Below, in pieces: positions 26,134 through 35,086 of a DNA stretch of 35,117 bases. The notes below the pieces were generated by a model, which was not told where the DNA came from, made no database searches, and was given only the letters and a program-made list of their open reading frames with translations. The stretch spans positions 1 through 35,117 of the forward strand of contig WALN01000064.1 of NCBI GenBank assembly GCA_015522865.1, read 5' to 3'. The position numbers and the translations under genes are program-made. Position 1 is the stretch's first letter. The number at the start of each line of letters is the position of its first letter. This DNA comes from Candidatus Micrarchaeota archaeon. GTDB lineage: Archaea; Micrarchaeota; Micrarchaeia; Norongarragalinales; WALN01.

Positions 26134-26991
26134 ATGTTTAGACCTCAAGAGCACATAAAATTGGTAAAATCAGAAATGAGAGCTAATGAACAGTTGCGCA
26201 ATATTCTTAAGAAGCATAAAGAAGACTTAGTTTTGGGGCGATTTAATATAGAGAGCGCTTATCCCAAAGCTAACCTGCCCGAAAGAAAAAGTTTGGCAGG
26301 TAGGCTTAAGTACAATTTTGTGGTTCACCTGAGGAAATTGAGGAATCGAGACCTGAGAGAGCTATTTGAAAAAGTTGGAGACCTGAAAAAAATGAACAAA
26401 ATTGCAAGAAAAAAATTAGTGCCTTTAATTAAAAAAGAAGGAAAGGAATATCTCCGGTCCAGGAAGGAAAAAATCAAGACTCAAAACTTCAAGCAAGCTT
26501 TAGACGAGATAGAAAATATTAAAAAAGAAAATAAGAAGGCGGTTGAAGATAAAATAAAAGAGTTGGAGGAGCGCAATAAATATTTAAACCAATATCTATC
26601 TCATCTAACCTCTATTTCTATTACTTCCTCTGGCGGAGCTTCTTTTGAAGATGTTTTAGGCAATCTAAAAAATAAGAATAAACAATTACTTCGTGAATTA
26701 GAGAAACATAAGAGCAAGGTAGATTCTCTTAAAGAGGCGCTTAATGCGGCCGAAGCGGATGCGCGCTCTGCAAAGAAAGAAAGGGAAAAGTTGTTAAAAG
26801 AAAGAGAGAAGCTAAATAAACAAATATTGCAGCATCAAAAAAGGGTAGAGGAGCTTGCTCACCAACTCAACGTCTTGTTGAAGCTGGCCCCCCAGAAAGA
26901 GCTTAAAAAAAGAATAATTAACAAAGAGCTGCTACCACTGCTTAAAAATATAGAGAAGGCGAAGGCAAAACCGCCGAAACGCAAAAAATAA
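26134..26991 (+). CDS. Lys/Glu-rich coiled-coil protein (hypothetical)
   Basis: 285 aa with heptad-like charged repeats and a basic tail KAKAKPPKRKK. Confidence 0.5.
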   Translation: MFRPQEHIKLVKSEMRANEQLRNILKKHKEDLVLGRFNIESAYPKANLPERKSLAGRLKYNFVVHLRKLRNRDLRELFEKVGDLKKMNKIARKKLVPLIKKEGKEYLRSRKEKIKTQNFKQALDEIENIKKENKKAVEDKIKELEERNKYLNQYLSHLTSISITSSGGASFEDVLGNLKNKNKQLLRELEKHKSKVDSLKEALNAAEADARSAKKEREKLLKEREKLNKQILQHQKRVEELAHQLNVLLKLAPQKELKKRIINKELLPLLKNIEKAKAKPPKRKK

Positions 26992-27267
26992 CTACTTCAT
27001 ATATACCGGCATACATTCCTCTGCTTGGCATTTACAGCCTGCGATGTTATATTCTTTTCTACAATCTGTGTTGCACGTTTTATTCTCAACATCTTCTGGT
27101 CTCTGTCCTTTGGTGTAGCATTTACAGTCGCATAAGCTCAAAGAACAATTTTTGAAAGAAGTGCATTTGTTGGCATTTGTTTTGCCAGCGGGATATTCTA
27201 TAATTATTGCAATAATTGATATTAGTACTATCACTCCTATAATTATACCTATCAAATATTTTTTCAT
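26992..27267 (-). CDS. Small membrane-anchored cysteine-rich protein (10 Cys in about 60 extracytoplasmic residues)
   Basis: N-terminal TM LIGIIIGVIVLISIIAIII, then CTSFKNCSLSLCDCKCY...CNTDC...CKCQAEEC. ATGA overlap with the ileS stop. Confidence 0.5.
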   Translation of the reverse strand: MKKYLIGIIIGVIVLISIIAIIIEYPAGKTNANKCTSFKNCSLSLCDCKCYTKGQRPEDVENKTCNTDCRKEYNIAGCKCQAEECMPVYMK

Positions 27268-30263
27268 TTGCTCACTCTGCTAAAGCGCGCATTTATCTCG
27301 ACATTCTCAAATTTTGCGTTTGCTTCAACTTCTCCGTTAAGTATGCCTATATCTATTTTTTCTGCCCCAACAGTTTTAGCAATTTCTTCCTTCCTTCTCT
27401 CAAAAAGTTCCTGAATTTTTTCGTTTGACCTTAAAGTTAAATTTATTTTCTCCTGTACTTTAAATCCATTTTTCTTCCTTGCCTCTTGGATTGCTCGGGT
27501 AGTTTCTTTTATTATTGCTTCTTCTTCGCATTCCTTATCCAGCTGATTGTCTATAAATATCGTGCCCCCTTCAAATTCTGCTTTGGTAAATTTTTCCTCG
27601 TCTACCTGCTCTTTAACAATTTCGACTTTTTTAACATTCGCGAGTTTTCTTATAGTATCTTCCACTTCCTCTAAGGGGCGTTCTTCCACTTCATTTAATT
27701 TTATTATTGCTCTTGGTATTGGCCATCTCAACCTTAATTTAGCCTTCTGCCTTGCGCTCATAATAGCTTCTATTATTTTTGCCGCCCTCTCCATTTTTTC
27801 TTCTAATTCTAAATCTATTAACGTATCATCCGCTTCTGGATACAGTTCAAAATGTATCGATTCTAAATTCAAATTATTGTCTATCTCCTTAAGTTTGCTG
27901 TAAATATATTCTGAGATAAATGGAGTTATAGGGGCGAGTAGTTTAGCAGTTGAAAGCAAACAATAATTAATCGTATTAATACATTTGCTTTTGCTTTCAT
28001 CTTTTGAGTGTATATCCATTCTGTCTCTTACTAATTTAATGTATGTTCTCGAAAATTTATCATTTACAAATTTTATTATTTCTCTGCCTGCTTTATGAAA
28101 TTCGAAATTCTCTAAATGCTTTGTAACTTTTTTAGTCAGCGAATTATTTGCTGAAATTATCCATCTGTCCTCTACCGGATACTCTTTCATATTTTCTATT
28201 CCTTCTGGTTTGATTTCTCCCCTGTAGTTTGTATAAAATTCCAAAATATTAAGCAAAATATTTAAAGATTTTTTAACTTCTTTTGCCCTTGAGAAACTAA
28301 ATCTCTGCACTTCAGATGGCGGGACCTCAAAAGAGAAGTAGAGGCGTATAGTGTCTGCTCCTAGCTTTTCTATTCCTTCCAATGCACTTATTACATTTCC
28401 TCTGCTCTTGCTCATTTTTTCCCCATTTTCATCAACAACCCACCCCATCATTGCAACATTTTTATATGAAGGGATATCAAAGGTAGCTATACCGTAGAAC
28501 ATTAGAGCATAGAACCATCCTCTTATCTGGTCCTGCGACTCGTTTATTAAATCAACTGGAAATAATTTTTCGAACAGCTCCTTATTTTTATATGGGTATC
28601 CCATAGATGCCCACGGAGAAATGCCGGAATCAAACCACACATTGAAAATGTCTTTTACTCTATGCATTGTCCCTCCACATTCATCGCATTTGAGTTCTAT
28701 TTTGTCTATGTTGTGCCTATGCAGGTCGTTAATATCTTTTGGAGCGTTAATTGCTTTTTTTAGCAGCTCTTCCTTGCTACCAATTACTTCTGTTTTACCG
28801 CACTTGTCGCAGACCCATATAGGCATGGGAATGCCCCAATACCTCTGCTGCGATATACACCAATCTCCAGAACCCTCAAGCCAGTTCGCAAACATCTCTC
28901 TCCCGGACTCAGGCATCCAGTTGACTTTTTTGTTTGCTTCGATCATTTTTTGCTTTATCGGCTCAATCGAAAAATACCATTGTTTGCTCATCCTAAATAT
29001 TAATTTGCTCTTGCATCTCCAACATAAAGGATAGCTGTGTACTATTGTCTCTTCTCTCAATAACTTATTCTCCTTTTTAAGCAATTCTATTATCTCTTTA
29101 TCTGCATCCTTAACAAATACTCCTTCAAATCGCTTCACTTTCTCAGTGAATCTTCCTTTTTCATCAACTGGCGATACAGCAGGCAGGCCGTAGTGTTGGC
29201 CAACTAAATAGTCAGTTGCCCCATGTCCCGGTGCACAGTGCACTATCCCGCTTCCCTCATCCATAGTTACGAACTCTTCAAATTCTTCTTTTCCTTCTTC
29301 GCTCTCCTTCATTTTGTGTTTTTTATACTGTTTTTTCTTCATTATTGAGATGCTTAAATAGATTTTATGGGCTTTTTCTCCGAGCTCTTTTTGCTGTTCT
29401 ACATCTAAGAGAGGCTCGTATTCCATTCCATCCAATTCTACTCCCTTAAACTTTTTTACTATTTTATATTTCGTATCTTTGAGTACTTCTGGCACTCTCT
29501 TTGCTCCAAGTATATAATATTCTTCGCCCACTTTCACTTTTACATACTCTTCCTTTGGATGAACAAAAAGAGCTACATTTGCAGGCAGGGTCCATGGCGT
29601 TGTAGTCCAGACTATAAAATAAGTTTTTTCTTCTCCTTTCACTTTAAATTTTACAAATACGCTAGGATCTTCTACATCTGTATAGCTATCGCTTACTTCA
29701 TAGCCACTTAACGCTGTTTCGCAGTGAGGGCACCAATATATTGGCTTTTCACCTGCATACAGCATAGATTTTTCATGCAATTTCTTCGCAGTCCACCAAC
29801 CACTTTCAATGTAGTAGTCCTTATATGTAAGATAAGGAGCAAAGAAGCCCCTCCACGCCCCGAGTTTTTTGTAGTATCCCAGCCACGCGCTCTCATTATT
29901 TCTTACTTTCTCAAGGCATTTCTTGTCGAACTCTTCTATACCTATTTTTTCTTCTATATCTGATTTTGAAGTAATGCCTAACTCCTTTTCAACTGCTACT
30001 TCTACTGGCAGGCCGTGGCAGTCAAAACCGGGTTGTATAAATGTGCTGTATCCCTGCATATATTTGAAGCGCGTCCAGATGTCCTTGTATGTTGTTGTTT
30101 TTACATGCCCTACGTGGGGGGTTCCATTCACATATGGCGGGCCATCTAGCAGAAAAAATTTTTTCTTCCCCTTTCTCCTCTCTTCCAGCTTTCCCGCTAT
30201 ATCCTCTTTCATCCAGTACTCTAAAACTTCTTTTTCTATCTTTTTTGGGTCGTAGTATACCAT
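27264..30263 (-). CDS. ileS: Isoleucyl-tRNA synthetase
   Basis: Class I HIGH (PHVGH) and KMSKS motifs, a CP1 editing domain, and Cys-pair zinc motifs (CWRCKS, CDKCG, CDECGG). Confidence 0.95.
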   Translation of the reverse strand: MVYYDPKKIEKEVLEYWMKEDIAGKLEERRKGKKKFFLLDGPPYVNGTPHVGHVKTTTYKDIWTRFKYMQGYSTFIQPGFDCHGLPVEVAVEKELGITSKSDIEEKIGIEEFDKKCLEKVRNNESAWLGYYKKLGAWRGFFAPYLTYKDYYIESGWWTAKKLHEKSMLYAGEKPIYWCPHCETALSGYEVSDSYTDVEDPSVFVKFKVKGEEKTYFIVWTTTPWTLPANVALFVHPKEEYVKVKVGEEYYILGAKRVPEVLKDTKYKIVKKFKGVELDGMEYEPLLDVEQQKELGEKAHKIYLSISIMKKKQYKKHKMKESEEGKEEFEEFVTMDEGSGIVHCAPGHGATDYLVGQHYGLPAVSPVDEKGRFTEKVKRFEGVFVKDADKEIIELLKKENKLLREETIVHSYPLCWRCKSKLIFRMSKQWYFSIEPIKQKMIEANKKVNWMPESGREMFANWLEGSGDWCISQQRYWGIPMPIWVCDKCGKTEVIGSKEELLKKAINAPKDINDLHRHNIDKIELKCDECGGTMHRVKDIFNVWFDSGISPWASMGYPYKNKELFEKLFPVDLINESQDQIRGWFYALMFYGIATFDIPSYKNVAMMGWVVDENGEKMSKSRGNVISALEGIEKLGADTIRLYFSFEVPPSEVQRFSFSRAKEVKKSLNILLNILEFYTNYRGEIKPEGIENMKEYPVEDRWIISANNSLTKKVTKHLENFEFHKAGREIIKFVNDKFSRTYIKLVRDRMDIHSKDESKSKCINTINYCLLSTAKLLAPITPFISEYIYSKLKEIDNNLNLESIHFELYPEADDTLIDLELEEKMERAAKIIEAIMSARQKAKLRLRWPIPRAIIKLNEVEERPLEEVEDTIRKLANVKKVEIVKEQVDEEKFTKAEFEGGTIFIDNQLDKECEEEAIIKETTRAIQEARKKNGFKVQEKINLTLRSNEKIQELFERRKEEIAKTVGAEKIDIGILNGEVEANAKFENVEINARFSRVSK

Positions 30264-30311
30264 GGCTTTATTTATCTCTTAAAATTTAAAATGTTTGCTT
30301 CTGCACTTTCT

Positions 30312-31595
30312 TTAAATTTGCCTTTTTTGTGATTTTAAATACTCTATTATGCTGTCTAAGCTTAACATTTTTTCTTCGCCGGTTTTCATATTCTTCAATT
30401 TTAACTTGTTTTCTTCGATCTCTTTTTTTCCCATAATTGCTACGTACGGGATGTCTCTCTTTGATGCATAGTCTAAATTTTTTGAGATCCCCCTGTCCAT
30501 TAAATCGATGTCCGCATTTATTTCTTCACTTCTCAACTTTTCGGTTACTTCTAGTGCTGTGTTAAATGTTTTGATGGGTATTACGAAAACTTTTATTTTC
30601 GTTTTCTTTTTGTATTTTCCTCCAAGCGCTTCGCATATTCTTTCAGTTCCAAAACTTATTCCGACTGCGGGATATTCTCCCCTACCAATAAATTTCCCAA
30701 TCATTCGATTATATCTTCCGCCAGATGCTACTGCTGTTTTTACCTCAGAATTTTTCAAAAAAGTTTCAAAAATTGTCGAAGTGTAATAGCTCAGCCCTCT
30801 TGCAAGGGATAAGTCAATTTTTATATTTTTCAACGACAATATTTTTACAAAACTCAGCAAATTTTCCAGCTCCGTCACCCCCTCCTTTCCTTCGTCATTT
30901 AAATTCAACTTTTTCAGCTTCTGTAAAATTTCATCGTTTTCTCCGACAATTTCAAATAAAGAAAATAATTTTTCAATTACTTTTTTCGGAACTTCTTTAT
31001 TTTTCAGCTCGTCTTCAACCTCCTTTTTGCCGATTTTTTCGAGTTTGTCTATTGAGAGAATCACACTTTCTGCTTTCTCGTTTTCTACGCCCGCGTATTT
31101 TACAAGCCCATTGAGTAGTTTTCTGTTGTTAAGTTTTATTTCAAACTCCAAACCTATTCTCTTGAACACCTCGAACGTAAGCGCCAGTATCTCTGCTTCT
31201 GCTTTCATACTTTTTACTCCAATAATGTCTGCATCGCATTGCGTGAACTCTCTTAATCTGGTTGAGGAAACCGGTCCGTCTCTCCACGCTTCGCCAATCT
31301 GGTAACGCTTGAACGGCAATTTTAAATTCGGATTTTCTTTGATATAACGAGCAAGCGGAACAGTCAGGTCATATCTCAGGCCCAATTTTCTTCTTCCCTG
31401 GTCCTCTAATTTATATGTTTCTTTCAGAATTTCTTCGCCGCCCCCATATTTCGACGCAAGTGTTTCCCACTTTTCCAGAGCAGGCGTTTTAATTGGAACA
31501 TACCCGTATTTCTCAAAAATATTTTTTATAATTTTGATTAGCTCTTGCCTCTGAAATTCTTCCTCTGGCCCGTAGTCTCTGAATCCTTTCAACAT
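30312..31595 (-). CDS. hisS: Histidyl-tRNA synthetase
   Basis: MLKGFRDY.., LRYDLTVPLARY, FKRYQIGEAWRDG, GGRY and GISFG motifs. Start set at the first ATG; the track start at 31607 is a TTG. Confidence 0.9.
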   Translation of the reverse strand: MLKGFRDYGPEEEFQRQELIKIIKNIFEKYGYVPIKTPALEKWETLASKYGGGEEILKETYKLEDQGRRKLGLRYDLTVPLARYIKENPNLKLPFKRYQIGEAWRDGPVSSTRLREFTQCDADIIGVKSMKAEAEILALTFEVFKRIGLEFEIKLNNRKLLNGLVKYAGVENEKAESVILSIDKLEKIGKKEVEDELKNKEVPKKVIEKLFSLFEIVGENDEILQKLKKLNLNDEGKEGVTELENLLSFVKILSLKNIKIDLSLARGLSYYTSTIFETFLKNSEVKTAVASGGRYNRMIGKFIGRGEYPAVGISFGTERICEALGGKYKKKTKIKVFVIPIKTFNTALEVTEKLRSEEINADIDLMDRGISKNLDYASKRDIPYVAIMGKKEIEENKLKLKNMKTGEEKMLSLDSIIEYLKSQKRQI

Positions 31596-31712
31596 GTTAC
31601 CACACAAATTATGAATTAGTTATTTAAATAATTGATTAGGCAACTAATAATTTCCCTGTTTATATTTTGTGCAGCGCAGTTAATTATTTAACTAAAATTT
31701 AAGTAATGGAAT

Positions 31713-33185
31713 TTGGGGGATACTATCAAATATATTTATGTAGCAGGGCAGCGCAAAACGTTAATTGCCACTTTTCTGAAAAAGGGTACCTTTACGGCTT
31801 CGTATGCCTACTTCAACAACAACGTCGAACCAAATTTCATAATTTTTAGGCACAATTTAAATGCAGAGTACTGGGTGCCGGAATCTGAGGTGCTCAGGAT
31901 GAACAAATTCGGAGAAAAATACTTGGGCCGTCGGTTTACTGAGAGCATATTAAATAAAGTTAAGCTGAATGTTAATGCTGCATGGAAGATGGTGGAAAAA
32001 TTAAATAGGCTTGAATTTTCTGCGCTATCTAACGCAAAGCTTATTGAGTTATTTTCCCAAATAAATTCAATACTTTTGCAGCTGATGGGCGATTTATTTT
32101 TATCGCAGGATTTTTATACTAAAGCAGTGGAGGAGCGGCTCATCTCTTTGCTCTCGTCCAAATTCAAAGACAGGAAAAAAGTTGATTATTATCTAGGAAT
32201 TTTACTTAAAGATTATGATTTGGATGCAATCCAACGCGAAGAGATAGATTGGTATAATTATGTGCTGAACCACAAAAATATAAAACGTGAGGAACTGATG
32301 AGTTATGTTTTGCGCAATGGATGGATGATTTATAATGCATTTGATTATGAAACTGCGTACAATTTTATATTGGAGAGATATAGAAAGACTGAAAATATGG
32401 GCGAGAAAGAAATTCAAAAGAGAATTAAAAATATTCTGCTCAATAAACAAAAAGCCAGAGAAGAATTTAATGCTCAAAGCGAAAAACTTACCCCCAAAAT
32501 GCTTGAGTTAGCTACCATCTTGCGGGATTTAGCTAAGAACAGGCTCGAAGTGAAATTGGCTACGAATTCCTTAGAAGTCGCTCTAAACCTCAAATTATTG
32601 TATTTCCTTTCCAAAAAATTTAACTTAAATTTCTGTGATTTGTTGGATGGATATTTGCCTGGAGATATAAGGAAGTTGTTGGAAAGTGGCTTTCGTGTTT
32701 CTGGTGATAAAATTAAGAGACGGAAGGAGTTCGTCTCGTTTGTTCAAATTAACGGAAAATTTGATGTTGCGAGCGGTAATGACGCTATGAATAAAATTGA
32801 TAATTTATTAAGTAGTTCGAGACCAAAGAAAGAGCAGAAAGTGCTGAAAGGTAATGTTGCTTCTATTGGCAGTCCCTCAGTTGTAACTGCTACCGCAAGG
32901 ATAATACGTTTGGGAAATGATTCCGAGTTGAGAGAAGACATAAACAGATTTCAAAAAGGCGAAATAATCGTTACTATTATGACTCAGCCCAATATGGTCC
33001 CAATAATGAAAAAAGCTGCAGCGGTTATTACTGACGAAGGAGGCATATGCAGCCACGCAGCTATTATTTCCAGAGAATTTAACATCCCATGTATAGTAGG
33101 AACAAGGGCAGCAACAAAAATTATAAAAAATGGCGACAAAGTCACAATAGACACTTCAGAAGGAATTGTCAGAATTATAAAATAG
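31713..33185 (+). CDS. PEP-utilizer swivel (phosphohistidine) domain protein with an uncharacterised ~390-aa helical N-terminal region
   Basis: The C-terminal ~100 aa read ..GEIIVTIMTQPNMVPIMKKAAAVITDEGGICSHAAIISREFNIPCIVGT.., the PEP-utilizing enzyme mobile domain with the catalytic His. No ATP-grasp (PPDK_N) domain or PEP/pyruvate TIM barrel is visible. TTG start. Confidence 0.7.
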   Translation: MGDTIKYIYVAGQRKTLIATFLKKGTFTASYAYFNNNVEPNFIIFRHNLNAEYWVPESEVLRMNKFGEKYLGRRFTESILNKVKLNVNAAWKMVEKLNRLEFSALSNAKLIELFSQINSILLQLMGDLFLSQDFYTKAVEERLISLLSSKFKDRKKVDYYLGILLKDYDLDAIQREEIDWYNYVLNHKNIKREELMSYVLRNGWMIYNAFDYETAYNFILERYRKTENMGEKEIQKRIKNILLNKQKAREEFNAQSEKLTPKMLELATILRDLAKNRLEVKLATNSLEVALNLKLLYFLSKKFNLNFCDLLDGYLPGDIRKLLESGFRVSGDKIKRRKEFVSFVQINGKFDVASGNDAMNKIDNLLSSSRPKKEQKVLKGNVASIGSPSVVTATARIIRLGNDSELREDINRFQKGEIIVTIMTQPNMVPIMKKAAAVITDEGGICSHAAIISREFNIPCIVGTRAATKIIKNGDKVTIDTSEGIVRIIK

Positions 33186-33191
33186 TTTCAG

Positions 33192-34700
33192 TCACCTGCT
33201 TTTTATAATTCTTACAACGCCATTATTTGCATCCACCTCTACAAATTTTCCGTCTTTCAAAATTGATGTTGCTATTTTTGTTCCCATAACGCACGGTATG
33301 CCCAAAGCCTTTGAAATTAATGCGGCGTGGCAGGTAACCCCATTTAAATCAGTTACAATTGCTGACGCTTTCATCATAGCGGGCAATATATTTGGGTCTG
33401 TTTGGTAGGCTACAAGTATATCGCCTTTTTTCATTTTTTTCATTTCTTTAGGGTCTTCTATTATTTTCGCTACTCCCCTTACTTTGCCCGGATATGCACA
33501 CAGTCCACTTAAAAATTTCGTTTTTCTTTTTTTCTCTTTTTTTATGTTTATTTTCTCCATGAATTTTCTTGCTTTTTTTCCAGTCAGCCATTTTTCTCCC
33601 TTTTGGGTAAAATCTCCAACAGTGTATTTGAGCCTTTCATTAAGCTCTTTCCTTGAAAATTTTCTTTTGAGTATCGCATCCCTCATCTCGAATGGGCTGA
33701 TCACGCGCATCTGCTCCAAATTCAGCCCGGCTCTTTTTCCCATTTCTCTAAGAAGAGATTCTGTTGCATAATATCCATAGAACATTGCATCTTTTCTGAA
33801 AGCTTTTATTGAAATTATTTTTCTTGCCTGTTCAAAAAGCAACTGATGTTTCTTGTCTATGCCAATTGTTCTTGTGTAGTGTTCCTGCATTTTCTTAATT
33901 CTCAAAGGAGTCCGTTCCATTTTTTTGACCATTTTTTGTACGTCTATATCCTGAGAAATTAAATCTACCAGTCGCTCAATAATCATCTTTTTGTTCCAAG
34001 CAGGGCCTTTGTATTCATATCCTATCCAACCAAATTTTTCCACATGCTCTTCGATTTCCTTTCCGGCTATCCTGTTTATTCTTTTTTCAATCTCTTTTTT
34101 TGTCCTTTTGTCTCTAATTGTATTTTTGAGTTTGTTGGCAATCTTCAAAATATTTTGTTCTTCTTTTCTTTCAATACTTTCTTCTGTGGGCGTACTTAGT
34201 ATTGCGTATACTTCCTCTACTCCATATTTTAATCCCTTCCTTTTTATCTGCTGCGAAAGGTATTTTTTGAGATGAGTAGATAATAGATGATCCTTAATTT
34301 CTATAATGAACGGAACGATTCCCGGCAGTATTGCTTCCTGATTAGCTTTCCAGAACCTTTCATATAATTTTATGAGCTTTTCATCAGAGTATTGTGGCAT
34401 ATTCATTTTATAAATCGCTCTAGAAACCTTAAATAAATTTTTAGCATTTTTGAAATGTATTTTATGTAATTTATCGAACCATGCAAGATTATTTAACATT
34501 TTTCTAAAAGCATATTTTTCTTTGCTCTCGAATTCTTTTTTATCTAGAAAATAATTCGAGTTTCCCTTTTTTATTTCTATTATAAACTCTCTGAACAAAG
34601 GTATGCTTACTATGTTTAGCCTGCGGGTGAAAAGATACGCAGAATAGGCATGCATAAAAACTTCTCTTCTAACTTTTAATATCGCAATCCATTCTTTCAT
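33192..34700 (-). CDS. Paralogous PEP-utilizer swivel domain protein
   Basis: C-terminal ..GDILVAYQTDPNILPAMMKASAIVTDLNGVTCHAALISKALGIPCVMGT... The N-terminal region is collinear with 31713-33185 (for example YSDEKLIKLY versus LSNAKLIELF, and FGWIGYEY versus NGWMIYNAF). Confidence 0.7.
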   Translation of the reverse strand: MKEWIAILKVRREVFMHAYSAYLFTRRLNIVSIPLFREFIIEIKKGNSNYFLDKKEFESKEKYAFRKMLNNLAWFDKLHKIHFKNAKNLFKVSRAIYKMNMPQYSDEKLIKLYERFWKANQEAILPGIVPFIIEIKDHLLSTHLKKYLSQQIKRKGLKYGVEEVYAILSTPTEESIERKEEQNILKIANKLKNTIRDKRTKKEIEKRINRIAGKEIEEHVEKFGWIGYEYKGPAWNKKMIIERLVDLISQDIDVQKMVKKMERTPLRIKKMQEHYTRTIGIDKKHQLLFEQARKIISIKAFRKDAMFYGYYATESLLREMGKRAGLNLEQMRVISPFEMRDAILKRKFSRKELNERLKYTVGDFTQKGEKWLTGKKARKFMEKINIKKEKKRKTKFLSGLCAYPGKVRGVAKIIEDPKEMKKMKKGDILVAYQTDPNILPAMMKASAIVTDLNGVTCHAALISKALGIPCVMGTKIATSILKDGKFVEVDANNGVVRIIKSR

Positions 34701-34751
34701 ACGCTACACTAGGAGCTTCTCTTTAAATATTTTTTCTGAAATGGGCTGAAG

Positions 34752-34766
34752 TAATTTAAACTTTTA
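34752..34766 (+). promoter_or_regulatory. TATA-like element taatttaaactttta about 27 nt upstream of tRNA-His
   Basis: Position and composition only. Confidence 0.3.
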
Positions 34767-34783
34767 TCTCGCAATGATTATGT

Positions 34784-34906
34784 GGCGGCGATGGTGCAGT
34801 GGTTAACATCTCGGACTGTGGATCCGAGGACCCGAGAAGCCTTTCTTTCTGAAGAAAGAAATCCTTGGGAAAGAAAGACAAGGGAATTCGAGTCTCGGTC
34901 GCCGCC
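34784..34906 (+). tRNA. tRNA-His (anticodon GTG at 34818-34820) with encoded G-1 and a 50-nt intron in the T-arm (between positions 53 and 54); CCA not encoded
   Basis: Eight-bp acceptor including G-1:C73 (GGCGGCGA / TCGCCGCC), T8, A14, anticodon stem TCGGA/TCCGA, loop CTGTGGA. The T-stem CCGAG (34832-34836) is separated from T-loop TTCGAGT plus CTCGG (34887-34898) by 34837-34886. Confidence 0.75.
34837..34886 (+). other. Non-canonical tRNA-His intron (position 53/54)
   Basis: aagcctttctttctgaagaaagaaatccttgggaaagaaagacaagggaa contains a CTTTCTTTC/GAAAGAAAG-type hairpin (34842-34861) of the same family as in the 49-nt module. Confidence 0.7.
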
Positions 34907-34937
34907 CTTAGCTCTCATTCTATTCTTAGCATTCTTT

Positions 34938-34986
34938 CTTTGGAACAACTTAGTACTTTCTTTCTTTTTAAGAAAGAAAGGACCAG
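34938..34986 (+). repeat. 49-nt shared module, His repeat unit 1
   Basis: ctttggaacaacttagtactttctttctttttaagaaagaaaggaccag is 47/49 identical to 22912-22960. Contains an 11-bp hairpin at 34956-34980. Confidence 0.9.
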
Positions 34987-35037
34987 TTCGAGTCTCGGTC
35001 GCCGCCCTTAGCTCTCATTCTATTCTTAGCATTCTTT

Positions 35038-35086
35038 CTTTGGAACAACTTAGTACTTTCTTTCTTTTTAAGAAAGAAAGGACCAG
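35038..35086 (+). repeat. 49-nt shared module, His repeat unit 2
   Basis: Identical to 34938-34986. Confidence 0.9.
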
